Shown in pieces: positions 1 to 10,316 of a stretch of 64,000 nucleotides of DNA (position 1 is the first letter of the stretch; each line of letters begins with the position of its first letter). The stretch comes from Epithemia pelagica (lineage: Eukaryota; Protista; Bacillariophyta): assembly GCA_946965045.2 (NCBI GenBank), contig OX337240.1, positions 558,001 to 622,000 on the forward strand, in the 5' to 3' direction. The position numbers and the translations under genes are program-made. Below the pieces are notes generated by a model. The model made no database searches and was not told the DNA's origin. It was given only the letters and a program-made list of their open reading frames with translations.

Positions 1-1
1 C

Positions 2-3000
2 TTGGATAACGTTGTCAACACAAAATCTGGAGCCAAGTCTCTCTGTTATCAATCATATTTCCGCCTGCTTCTTGATGCTGCTTTTGACCATGACCAAGCT
101 ACCCGAACTTCTGCGTCTAACCGCCGTCGTCATGTAAAGCAACATGAATTTCAGTTGGATGAACCTTTTGAACCAGTGGAGTCCCCTGACTACCAGATCA
201 ACAACACAAATATCCAATCCGAAAAGTCCCCAACTTCGTCGAAAATCAGCCTTCCAAGAGATGTATGGTTTAAACTCTCTGAAGAGGATCGGCAAATCAT
301 TGTCGACTTCAATAAATCCGTCCAAGATTCCCCGACAACTCCACGCAAGGTCCAAACACATTCTCTTGACATTGATCCTGAACCAGATCCTGATCCTGAT
401 GCCAACAACATTGGTGATACCCATCAAGATGCATCAGAACAAGATCCATTCGATACATCCTCTGATCCGGTTACCCAGTTCGTACACCAGGCTATTGCAT
501 CGACAGATATCAATCATCCAGCATCTGACCTCAGCAACATCTTGTCAACTTCTACGACAAAATCAAGTCCTAAAGTCAAGTTCAAGTCTTCTGCTGATCA
601 CAAGCAAAAGGTTCATATGTCACGATATCTATTCTCCCGCAAATCCACCTTTTCTGGTAATCAACTCATCGATCGAGGTGCCAATGGAGGCCTTGCAGGA
701 TCTGACATGCGTATCCTTGCCAAAACCGGACGTCATATTACCATCGTAGGTATTGACAATCATGAATTGACTGGCCTTCCAGTTGTTACCTGTGCTGCCA
801 AGTTTGATACAAGTGATGGACCCATTATTGGTATCTTCAATGAGTATGCCCACTATGGAAAGGGTTTATCTATCCATGCCCCAGCGCAATTTGAACATTT
901 CGGCCTATCTGTCGACGAACGATCCGTCAAGGTTGATGGCAAACAACGCATTACTACCCTTGATGGACGCGCATTGCCCTTACGAATCAAGGATGGCCTT
1001 GCATACATTCAATCTCTGGGAATCCCTTCTGATGACGATATGGATAAATATCCGCATATTGTGTTCACTTCACCCCATATCTGGGATCCTTCTGTACTTG
1101 ACCATACCCATCCAGACCCCCATCAAGACCCTGCACCGAACTGGACATCTGTGGAGACTGATGGTAGTATGGAAACGTACCCCTATGACCAATATGGGGA
1201 GTATACCGATCGCGTTGTATGCACTTTGAATCTCCTCCTTGATCTCCCATATGATCATGGCCCCGATACACCCTCCTTCTTTTCCATCTATGCTGATCAA
1301 GATGGCAACGACCCCACACTTCATGCGTCTGTCCACAAACTCTACAAGGAACAATACGATTGGAAGAAATTTCGCCCTTTCTTTGGGTGGCAATCGGAAG
1401 ACGTAATCGCCGATACGTTCAAGCATACAACTCGTCATGGACACATTTCCTTTGACCAGGATACCTTGAAGAAACACTTTAAGGCCCGGAATCCTATCCT
1501 TAACCTCCCACGACGGCATGAACCCGTTGCCACTGACTCCATCTTCTCCGACACCCCGGCTGTTAACCATGGTGGCAAGATTGCTCAGATTTTTGTTGGT
1601 CGTGATACTTTGGTTACTGACATTTATGGTATCAAGTCTACCAAGCAATTCGTCAATACCCTCCAGGATAACATTCGTACACGTGGTGTCATGGAGACTT
1701 TGATCAGTGATGGTGGTTCGTCACTCATTTCCCACAAGGTCAAGGATATTCTTCGCACCCTTCTGATTGGTGAATACCGTTCCGAGCCCTATCACCAACA
1801 CCAGAACAAAGCTGAGAACCGCTATCAGACCGTTAAGCGTATGACCAATGCTATCATGAATGCATCTGGTTGCCCTGCTTCTGCATGGTTACTTTGTTTA
1901 GAATATGTGTGTGACCTCCTCAATCACACTTCCTCTCCCACCCACTCTGGCCGCACCCCTCTTGAGGCTCTTACCGGTACCCCACCCGACATTACCCATC
2001 TCCTTTTCTTTCCTTTCTGGGATGAGGTCTACTATCGTGTCGACCCTTCTGAACCTACCTCCGGTTCTTACCCTTCGTCTCCCGACGAGAAGATTGGCCA
2101 CTGGGTTGGTTTTGCCCACAATGTTGGTGATGCCTTTACTTGGAAGATCCTCACTGCCGACAACGTCATCATCTACCGTTCCGCTGTCCGTCGCGTTGCC
2201 TCCACTACCCCCAACCTTCGTGTGGATATCTCTTCAGGGGAGGAGTCGCCGCATAAACCCACTGACAAGCAAGGTGACACTGTCTTTATTCGCAGCAGAA
2301 GTGAAGACCCATCCACACCTATGCCAACAATTGACTACGACGATTTAGTTGGACGCACATTCCTTTGTGACACTGAAGAGAATGGGGAGCGCCATCGAGC
2401 ACGAGTAATCAAACGAGTTGTCGACCTGGAACAAGATGCAACCAAACAAGAAGATCGACTCAAATATATCTTTCGCAAGTCTAACTCCAATGTTGATGAG
2501 ATGATCTCCTACAACCAGCTCATGGAATACATTGAAAGGGATAATCAAGCCCAAACGACAGGGGATAGTCTCTTCCGATTCAGAGACGTTATTGCACACC
2601 AAGGACCTTTGAACTCAAGCGACCCAGACTATAAAGGGAGTAAATATAATGTCCTTGTTGATTGGGAGACTGGGGAGACGACATACGAACCTCTATCTCT
2701 TATTGCAAATGATGACCCCATCACAGTCGCCATCTATGCCAAGAAAAATGGTTTGCTGGACCTACCTGGATGGAAACATCTCAAGCGATACGTCAAGACA
2801 AGCAAAAGACTCATTCGAGCAGCTAAACAATCCAGGATCAAACAAGTTCGTCGCTCTATCAAGTACAAGTTTGGTTTTCAAGTACCTCGCACCTATGAAG
2901 AAGCAGTGGAACTAGACAAGCAATTTGGGAACACGAAATGGCAAGACGCAACAGAATTGGAACTCTCACAGATCCAATCGTATAACACTTTCAAGGACCA

Positions 3001-4621
3001 TGGAAAAGCCAAGTTGATTAATGGGAAATTGGCCAATGCACCAGAAGGATATCATAAGATAAGAGTACATCTGGTCTTTGATGTCAAGCATGACGGAAGG
3101 CACAAGGCACGACTTGTCGCAGATGGACATCTCACCAAGGAACCCGTTGAGACCATCTATTCAGGGGTTGTCTCCATTCGCAACCTTCGCATTGCCATAT
3201 TTCTTGGAACCATGAACGACATGGAAATATGGGGAGCAGATATTGGGAACGCATACCTAGAAGCATTGACAGGAGAGAAGATTTTCATCATTGCAGGACC
3301 AGAGTTCAAGGAGTTAGAAGGACATATCTTGATCATCTACAAGGCATTATATGGTCTCAAATCCTCAGGTGCTCGCTGGCATGACAAACTGTTTGATGTT
3401 CTCATTGATATGGGATTTTCTCCAAGCAAGGCTGACCCTGATATTTGGATGAAGAAGGCTCCTGGAGAAGACTGTTATGAATACATCGCTGTATATGTTG
3501 ATGACTTAGCTATCGTTGCCATGGACCCTGAAGCTGTCTGCAAGATCTTTACAGAAAAATACAACTTCAAACTCAAAGGAGTCGGACCTATCGAGTATCA
3601 TTTGGGGTGTCGTTATACCAAAGATCCAGACGGTACACTTGTGTCTGACCCACGAAGGTACATCGAGAAGATGATGGATACCTATGAACGATTGTTCAAT
3701 GAGAAACCTAAGAAAGCAAAGCCGCCAGTCATTGCTAACGATCATCCTGAACTTGATGACTCTGAGTTTTTAGATGAAGAAGGGATCCAGCATTTCCAGA
3801 CTCTTATTGGACAACTGCAATGGCTAATTACCATTGGCCGTTTTGATGTCTTCCCTGCTACCATGACTCTATCAAGGTTCAGAGCTGCTCCAAGGATTGG
3901 TCATTTGAAGCGAGCTAAGCGCATCTATGGATACCTCATGTCATTTCCTGATGGGTCTATCAGATTCCGCACTGGGGAGCCAGATTTATCAGCTTTACCT
4001 ATCCAAGAATACGATTGGAGTCGTACCGTATACATGGACGCCAAGGAACGTATCCCTGAGGACTGTCCAACCCCACTTGGGCGTTTTGTGACAACTATAC
4101 ATTATGTCGACGCAAATCTCATGCATGATATGGTTACTGGGAAAGCAGTTACAGCCATCCTGCATTTTGTAAACGGTACACCCGTGGACTGGTACAGTAA
4201 GCGACAAGCCACAGTGGAGACAGCCACGTACGGATCTGAATTTGTTGCCGCAAGGACTGCAGTTGATCAGATCACGGAGCTACGCCTTACACTCCGATAC
4301 TTGGGAGTCCCTCTACGTGAGAAGAGTTACATGTTTGGAGATAACCGCTCTGTCGTTATCAATAGCGCCGCACCACACTCAATCATCTCCAAGAGGCACC
4401 ATCTCCTATCCTATCACCGAGTCCGTGAAGCTATCGCTGCAAAGTACGTCGCATTCTACTGGAAAGATGGAAAGACAAACCCAGCTGATATCCTCAGTAA
4501 ACATTGGGAATTCGCCGCAGTTTGGCCCATGCTCAGATCTTTGTTATTCTGGAGAGGAAAAATCCAGGAAAGTGATGAGGGAATTGACAATCCTCATTCG
4601 ACGAATTGTGGGGAGTGTTAG
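2..4621 (+). CDS. Copia gag-pol polyprotein (5'-partial): protease-like, integrase, chromo-like, RT, RNase H
   Basis: Motifs LIDRGANGGLAG (protease-like); VATDSIFSD, LISDGG, NKAENRYQ (integrase DDE); HKARLVADGH, DIGNAYL, LYGLKSSG, YVDDL (RT); ETATYGSEF, GDNRSV, NPADILSK (RNase H). Uninterrupted for 1539 codons. Confidence 0.95.
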   Translation: MDNVVNTKSGAKSLCYQSYFRLLLDAAFDHDQATRTSASNRRRHVKQHEFQLDEPFEPVESPDYQINNTNIQSEKSPTSSKISLPRDVWFKLSEEDRQIIVDFNKSVQDSPTTPRKVQTHSLDIDPEPDPDPDANNIGDTHQDASEQDPFDTSSDPVTQFVHQAIASTDINHPASDLSNILSTSTTKSSPKVKFKSSADHKQKVHMSRYLFSRKSTFSGNQLIDRGANGGLAGSDMRILAKTGRHITIVGIDNHELTGLPVVTCAAKFDTSDGPIIGIFNEYAHYGKGLSIHAPAQFEHFGLSVDERSVKVDGKQRITTLDGRALPLRIKDGLAYIQSLGIPSDDDMDKYPHIVFTSPHIWDPSVLDHTHPDPHQDPAPNWTSVETDGSMETYPYDQYGEYTDRVVCTLNLLLDLPYDHGPDTPSFFSIYADQDGNDPTLHASVHKLYKEQYDWKKFRPFFGWQSEDVIADTFKHTTRHGHISFDQDTLKKHFKARNPILNLPRRHEPVATDSIFSDTPAVNHGGKIAQIFVGRDTLVTDIYGIKSTKQFVNTLQDNIRTRGVMETLISDGGSSLISHKVKDILRTLLIGEYRSEPYHQHQNKAENRYQTVKRMTNAIMNASGCPASAWLLCLEYVCDLLNHTSSPTHSGRTPLEALTGTPPDITHLLFFPFWDEVYYRVDPSEPTSGSYPSSPDEKIGHWVGFAHNVGDAFTWKILTADNVIIYRSAVRRVASTTPNLRVDISSGEESPHKPTDKQGDTVFIRSRSEDPSTPMPTIDYDDLVGRTFLCDTEENGERHRARVIKRVVDLEQDATKQEDRLKYIFRKSNSNVDEMISYNQLMEYIERDNQAQTTGDSLFRFRDVIAHQGPLNSSDPDYKGSKYNVLVDWETGETTYEPLSLIANDDPITVAIYAKKNGLLDLPGWKHLKRYVKTSKRLIRAAKQSRIKQVRRSIKYKFGFQVPRTYEEAVELDKQFGNTKWQDATELELSQIQSYNTFKDHGKAKLINGKLANAPEGYHKIRVHLVFDVKHDGRHKARLVADGHLTKEPVETIYSGVVSIRNLRIAIFLGTMNDMEIWGADIGNAYLEALTGEKIFIIAGPEFKELEGHILIIYKALYGLKSSGARWHDKLFDVLIDMGFSPSKADPDIWMKKAPGEDCYEYIAVYVDDLAIVAMDPEAVCKIFTEKYNFKLKGVGPIEYHLGCRYTKDPDGTLVSDPRRYIEKMMDTYERLFNEKPKKAKPPVIANDHPELDDSEFLDEEGIQHFQTLIGQLQWLITIGRFDVFPATMTLSRFRAAPRIGHLKRAKRIYGYLMSFPDGSIRFRTGEPDLSALPIQEYDWSRTVYMDAKERIPEDCPTPLGRFVTTIHYVDANLMHDMVTGKAVTAILHFVNGTPVDWYSKRQATVETATYGSEFVAARTAVDQITELRLTLRYLGVPLREKSYMFGDNRSVVINSAAPHSIISKRHHLLSYHRVREAIAAKYVAFYWKDGKTNPADILSKHWEFAAVWPMLRSLLFWRGKIQESDEGIDNPHSTNCGEC
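4608..4615 (+). other. Polypurine tract (PPT)
   Basis: GTGGGGAG lies immediately before TGTTAGG at 4616. Confidence 0.75.
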
Positions 4622-5212
4622 GATTCTCACCGAAAACTAGGTGGCGAAACCTACAACTCATCGAATGATGCTAGTATTTTATGGCATCCGATGACATTTT
4701 CCTAAAAATGAGAAAAGAATGTCGGCATGCTCGCGAAACTATAAATTTGGCCACGGCATGCTCGCAGTGCACGCGTTATCGGCGACCGCTCGGATATTAA
4801 CTATGGCCCAACACGTGCGCGCCCAAAACTATCAAGTGCGCGCCTCTACTATCCGAGTACGCGCATCCACGATTCGACCTAACGGTCTATGTAATCAAAG
4901 CACGAATCACGATCACGCGAGACCATATCTCTGTTCCCACAAATCCAAGAATGCAAACAGCAACGCGCCCAAGACAAGACTTATACCACGACAAAGCAAG
5001 AGCTGTTGCATCCCATACATGTTATCCATCACCCTATACATTCAATATACACCAATGCCGGTCTACTCCAACCAGTGAGGACCTATCACACCAGATCCAT
5101 GGCCGTATGCAAGAGCCAGGACTTCGGCACCATCAACCACCTTAGTTAGTAATCGTCTCACAATCATTAATATCACCATTTTAACACTCATCTTAAGACT
5201 TACCTCTTATCA
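4616..5212 (+). repeat. 3' LTR of the copia element; right end is either 5186 (TTAACA) or 5212 (TTATCA)
   Basis: Starts TGTTA right after the PPT, and the pol stop codon TAG lies inside it. There are two candidate CA ends. The 5' LTR is not in the window to confirm. Confidence 0.7.
4815..4877 (+). repeat. Three degenerate 21-bp tandem units inside the LTR
   Basis: gtgcgcgcccaaaactatcaa / gtgcgcgcctctactatccga / gtacgcgcatccacgattcga. Confidence 0.75.
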
Positions 5213-5333
5213 GTGGACCGACTGCCCCCACCCACGGCGGACTTCGACTTGCAACTCTTCTCTGACCCGTGGAGGATTGTTGTATCGGTTGGTGATTCGA
5301 TTGTCGGCTCAGCGAGCCTTTTACCTATCCTAA

Positions 5334-5971
5334 CTATCTGTCTAACCCCTGTTGAATCGAGAGAAGTTTATCAATATCAGCTGGTGCCTGTTTACAGAAA
5401 ACGGTGAATTTCTGGCCCGCATACTCCATTGCATCAAGATGCAGGTTTCCCAGCAAATGAAGGTTACCCAACGCTAGCTCCTCACAGCTCCAAGTGATTG
5501 CTTTCGATTTCAAGTCCGAAGGAGCGAAGGACACCAACGAATCTATGTCGCTTAGATGGTTACTTTCATGGATCAACAATATTGGTTGGCACTTCTGATA
5601 CTCCACAGAGGACGTAGGATGGGAGGGGTGTGCCGCTTGATCACTACTTCTCCACAAGCATTCACTTGCCATGGCCTTGCTGTTTTGCCATGCCAGTCCG
5701 TAAAGGAAAGCAATATGGCCTGCTCGAGTAGGGGTAACGCATGAGGTGTATTGATAGGAAAAGGGGAAGCGGGTCGGATGGGGTGGATAGAGGTGTCTTG
5801 GGAGTTTGTTTCATGGGCATTACTGGCCTCGTTGCTGTGGTGATGGAGGGCTGATAGAACGTTGGCTGTGGACACAGAGTGGTTTGTTGCAAGCACCAGG
5901 GACGCGGTAGATAGCTCTTCGATGGTGTTAGTTTCCTGGGAAAAGCGTTGGACTGGGGTGGAAGGGTCCAT
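5334..5971 (-). pseudogene. Degenerate ORF remnant, possibly gag-like from an older element disrupted by the copia insertion
   Basis: Two overlapping minus-strand ORFs (ATG at 5971) that switch frame, end in stops and abut the LTR. No diagnostic motif. Confidence 0.3.
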
Positions 5972-6379
5972 GGTTGGTGCACTTGGTCACACAAGGTTGG
6001 GTCCGTGGTGAGACCGTGGAGGTGAAAATGGTTTTGTATCAAGATCGAGAAATCGCCAAATTTGGAGGACGCGCCGTGGGGGTGAGAAGACGAATGCACC
6101 TTTTCTCCGACTCAGGCGGGATTCATAACTCACCCGACGCTTGGGGGTAGTCCGCGACCCACATCATACAATAGTGCTCCGCGGGACTGCAGCGCTTTAG
6201 GTCCCGGTCCGGGGATGCCATATAGGAGTATTAGTTATTGTAATTAGTATTTCATTCTCGAAGCCTACTACTTACTCCTAAGCCTAAGTCCAACCACACT
6301 CTCAGTCTAGAATTCTATGTCCATTGTGGAACGATGAGTACAGTGTACTGTTGGTTGAGAGGTTGCTAAGGCTAAGGTC

Positions 6380-6950
6380 TAAAGTAGTACGTGAGAGGTG
6401 AGAGAAGTACAGAATACTACCTAGCTAGACTCTTAGAGAGCAGAAGCAGCAGAAGCGGGCTAGAGAGAGGAGCTACTTGCTAGGAGTACAATCTACCTAC
6501 TACTAATAGAGGAGCTAGGCGTACGCGTTACTCCTACTACGAGTACTCGTTAGAGGTTGGACCCGCGAGCTCAAATCGATGCGGGTAGGATACCCGCGCA
6601 TCCCAGCCTTTGCGGTTCCAAATACCCGCGTGTTCCGCAGTTCCGCACCACTATGGGATTTTATGTACTCTGTACAAATTTGACGTACGGGCGGTCAGAC
6701 CTCGAAAGCACCAAATCGGTGCACCCCGCCTTTACTGTGCGTAGGTGCGAGTAGCGCGGATCGGACCCGCCAGTCTCTTTCGCTGCGGTTCCAGGGATCA
6801 GCACCACGGATCCGCGGATCCGATCCGCAGCACCGCGGTGCGGGTCCAACCTCTAGTACTCGTAGACTCGTACTCGGACCTGTTCTCGTTCTCGTACTCG
6901 TGTTATTATTACGAGTACTCCTCTATTTTATTATTCTACTCGTAGCTCGT
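6380..6950. repeat. Degenerate (CTCGTA)/TAG-rich low-complexity tract hosting the MITE
   Basis: Repeated gtactc, ctcgta, ctag and tagagag motifs on both sides of the MITE. Confidence 0.6.
6551..6855. mobile_element. Non-autonomous hAT-type DNA transposon (MITE), 305 bp
   Basis: Perfect 16-bp TIRs TAGAGGTTGGACCCGC (6551-6566) and GCGGGTCCAACCTCTA (6840-6855); 8-bp TSD GTACTCGT (6543-6550 and 6856-6863); many subterminal CCGC/GCGG motifs. Confidence 0.92.
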
Positions 6951-7741
6951 AGGTAGACCTGGACATTTTGTACCTCAGTGGACTTATTCAACCTTGGTTG
7001 GGAAATTCGGATTAGGGACAAAAGCCTGATGGGAAAGGGACCTCAAGCGGCGGCTACCCATAAGTAGATATATCGGGCTATGATCAACCTTACGACTTAT
7101 TATTGCTGCACAAACTACGCCCTGCACAACCGCATGCCATAAAGCTTTCATCAAAGCGATGGGGATACGATACTTTTGTACAACCTAGCATCTCGGATTT
7201 CTTTTTTTGAAATGAACATAAGGTTGTATTGGTATTACGTGTAAAAAGTAGTATTTACATACACACTCTCTAGCGATCTTCTTCTGAGAGATTTCACCGG
7301 AACTATGCAGAACCGAGAAGGATTCTCCTCTAGATGATGACTCGTAGAAATTTATCGGTCTTATACTCACCTCATTGATAACTTCCTTCGCCTTATTTTC
7401 TTTATATAGGCCCCACTTCTGGAGGTGGAAGTTTCGTGTTCCCGCGGTTCGCATCTCGCATCATCCCGGTTCGCCATTCGCCACGTTTCTCACAACATGC
7501 AACATGCAACAGGCACCGTCCATCTCCAATGACACACCCATCATTGATCCTCTCATCCCAACGTAGGAGGGATCATAAAAAATTTGATAACCACCCTGTC
7601 CCTGTGGTCTCAAAAGTCGCATCATGAGAAACGAAAGCAGACTTCGCCTCAAGCCTACCATGTTGTTCGGAAAAGGATGATCTCGACAACCAGAGGATGA
7701 GTTGTCGCTTTCCTCCTCGCATTCGGTGGATCGATTCATGA

Positions 7742-8260
7742 GCAACAAATCCACATGGGGGGACCCACCAACCTAGCATCCCAAGACGGCAGGTTTCCAT
7801 CGACGAAAGCAAAAACTCGTATGTCGAACCTCTTGAAACAGGTTCCAGTCATGAAGATGTTGTGTCTTGGTACTCCAAGGCAGAATGCAAACGAATGAAA
7901 GAGACATTTCGTGCTACCGTCAACGCCATGGAGGACGATTTGGATGCCGACGTTCTGAAAGTCGCCTACTCGTCTTGTTGCGATGGCGCACTGACCAAAA
8001 CTCAAGTGAAATCCATGAAGTCCTATCTGGAATCTGAACCTGTTGCGGTGGGATTGGAACAAAACATTATCAGTTCATGTGTCAGTGACAAACGTCAAAG
8101 ACGTGGCAAGCTTTTGGAGCTCGTGTGCAACCTTCATCATGACCATCCAAACTTGTCGCGAGACGATTTGTCGGAACGCTTGCGGCAAAAGTGCAAAGAC
8201 ATTAGTCGTCCCGCTCGGATCTATGCGCTAAGCATTGGTCAAGCACAAGCGACATCATAG
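7742..8260 (+). CDS. Uncharacterised protein resembling an expanded diatom family (xVSxDESxN...WYS...GLE...SRPAR); start not resolved
   Basis: The frame is open from 7742 to 8260 (RRQVSIDESKNSYVEP...VSWYSKAECKRMK...GLEQ...SRPARIYA). There is an in-frame TGA at 7739-7741 and no clear ATG, so an upstream exon or a lesion is likely. Confidence 0.55.
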   Translation, partial: ATNPHGGTHQPSIPRRQVSIDESKNSYVEPLETGSSHEDVVSWYSKAECKRMKETFRATVNAMEDDLDADVLKVAYSSCCDGALTKTQVKSMKSYLESEPVAVGLEQNIISSCVSDKRQRRGKLLELVCNLHHDHPNLSRDDLSERLRQKCKDISRPARIYALSIGQAQATS

Positions 8261-8413
8261 ATCGGGGGTTCGTTGAACTGTGTATAATAAAACAATGTAA
8301 AATACCTTGACTCTCATTTATGCACATCTAAGTTAAAGTCCTCTACGTTCTGGGCAGTTCGCTTCCGTTCGAATACATGCTCCCTATGAACCACTACAGA
8401 TATTGGCAAAGAC

Positions 8414-9613
8414 TCACTCATCCATGGACTCAATCTGTTCTTGAATAGCTCCATAGATTTTCCGAACAAACCATAACGATGCGACAAAACCAACAAAGCC
8501 GCAATACAGTCCAAAGCAAACCGCCATCATACCCGTGTAGACGAGGTAGACAATGGTGGGCAAAACGCCAACCAGATGCAATTGGGTCCAGAGATACCAA
8601 AGACTGTACAAAAACAGGTACATGCCAGCACTCGCCGTATTCCAAAAGGATCGCCACCACCAAGCATGATTTTGAGCCCAAAGTTGCAAGTGCGTCAAAA
8701 CGATACTCACTTCGGCACATAGTACAGTCAGTGCTGGGAAGACAGCAACAAGAAATCCAAGTCCATAATAAATCTGATTCTTCCATAGAGCACCGAGGAT
8801 AAAGTTGAATTCGATGCAGACACATCCAATTGGGAGAACTCCGCCAATAAGGATCGTAAATCGAGCATCTGCAAAGAACGGCAGTCGCGGAATGGTTCGA
8901 GCGGTTGCGTTGGTCGCCACTGGACAATCCAGCTTCTCTTGTTGGTGCCCAATGTAGGCACCGAGAACAACAAGAGGCGTGGACACACAAATCCAGAGGA
9001 AGGATAGAACAAGAATCGTTAAAGAGTTCACAGCAGTGGCTGCTCCATCGAGGCTCAAAAACACGTTGAGGACAAGAAATACGGACAATAACAGACCAGG
9101 TACGGCAACTGCTGTCATCAACACATTGAGTTTCCAATCCTTTCCGTCCATGAACTTGTATATGCGGCTACTAACGTATCCAGCAGCACTCCCGCAAAGA
9201 ACAAACACTGCGATCATTGCAGTTAGGATCTGACCAGTTCTCATTGGGGAGAGGAACTTTGTCTGTGACGCCAGCAAGATAACTAGAGCGGCGAGACCAA
9301 TCTGAGCCCCTGTTCCTGAGAGTACAGAGAGAAGCATAGGGTACGTTGTGGGAGGTCGAAAGACATCCCCATGCAATTCTTTCCATCCATTTTCCGTTCC
9401 AGACGAGCCACCAAGCGATTCCATTTCTTTAGAAATATCCTTTCGAAGATGGCGGATCAGGATCATGCTGATCAAAAGAGTCAAAAAAAGAACAATCATG
9501 AGCGAATTGGCAATGCTATAGTAGTGAAGGTCGTCGGCCGGAGCACCCATGAGATAGACGTCCCAGCAGGCCAGTGCTAAAACTAGCACAAAAGTCGAGC
9601 CACACCGTCCCAT
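8414..9613 (-). CDS. Transmembrane 9 superfamily (nonaspanin/EMP70) protein, membrane domain only
   Basis: Motifs WDVYL...LHYYSIANSLMIVLFL, GWKELHGDVFRPP, GTGAQ, GGVLP..CVCIE, HAWWWRSF, WFVRKIYG. Confidence 0.85.
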   Translation of the reverse strand: MGRCGSTFVLVLALACWDVYLMGAPADDLHYYSIANSLMIVLFLTLLISMILIRHLRKDISKEMESLGGSSGTENGWKELHGDVFRPPTTYPMLLSVLSGTGAQIGLAALVILLASQTKFLSPMRTGQILTAMIAVFVLCGSAAGYVSSRIYKFMDGKDWKLNVLMTAVAVPGLLLSVFLVLNVFLSLDGAATAVNSLTILVLSFLWICVSTPLVVLGAYIGHQQEKLDCPVATNATARTIPRLPFFADARFTILIGGVLPIGCVCIEFNFILGALWKNQIYYGLGFLVAVFPALTVLCAEVSIVLTHLQLWAQNHAWWWRSFWNTASAGMYLFLYSLWYLWTQLHLVGVLPTIVYLVYTGMMAVCFGLYCGFVGFVASLWFVRKIYGAIQEQIESMDE

Positions 9614-10316
9614 TCTGCTTCAGGGGCAATCGACTGGGAGAATCAATCGTGCGTAATTTGCCCAAACCAAAGATTTGTTCTCTCTTGGCGACTTGACTAA
9701 CTGTGAAGAAACCCTTGAGCTGCAGTGCTTGATGTCTTCGAGATCCTTGGTTGTTGTAGGGAAGTTGAATGCAAAAGACGGCGATGGAGAGCCGTCGCAG
9801 CGTTCCAACTTCCAACAAGGAGAGTCCGTTCTAACAAGTGACAATGGCGAAAATGGCGGCTCGGATTGACAACAGGATCCGCGACTCATGGAGCATTTGT
9901 CTCGTGTTTTAGTCGCATTTTGTTTTAGTCTTGTTTCCAACGCAATTTCAAAGTGGAACGCCCCATCGTCCACCCTCTTTCTATCGCCCCCAGATTTTTC
10001 CACTCCAACGGTCGATTTTTGAGAAACCACGACAAAAAAAGACCACCCAAAAAGATCCACCTCTCGCGCATTGCTTCATTCATTCCAAAATACCACAACA
10101 CAACGCCAGGTCCAGTCATAATCTGAAAGAAGACGTCTGACTCTGAGCATTCTCACTCTTCGTTCAAGGTCCTGAGGTATCCATTGCAAGAGAGACCCTC
10201 CTTCAAGTCAAGAGCAAGGTCGCCATCTGGATTGAAAGAAATTCGTCAGCGGCTCGACAACAACAACAAGACGCCACCGACCAGAAGCAAGAACAGCAAG
10301 TAACAGTATCATCATC

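Larger units (their letters stand above)
1..5212 (+). mobile_element. Ty1/copia LTR retrotransposon (CoDi-like), 5' part outside the window
   Basis: One long ORF in copia order (PR-IN-RT-RH), then a purine tract and a TG-starting LTR-like segment. Confidence 0.95.

Noticed and set aside
6063-6170. Short TG...CA segment followed by TGGCG on the minus strand, as a possible LTR and PBS
   Set aside because: No second copy in the window, a 4-nt gap before TGG, and no tRNA match I can confirm.
6960-7760. Short ORFs as possible transposase or other gene remnants
   Set aside because: No recognisable motif in any frame.
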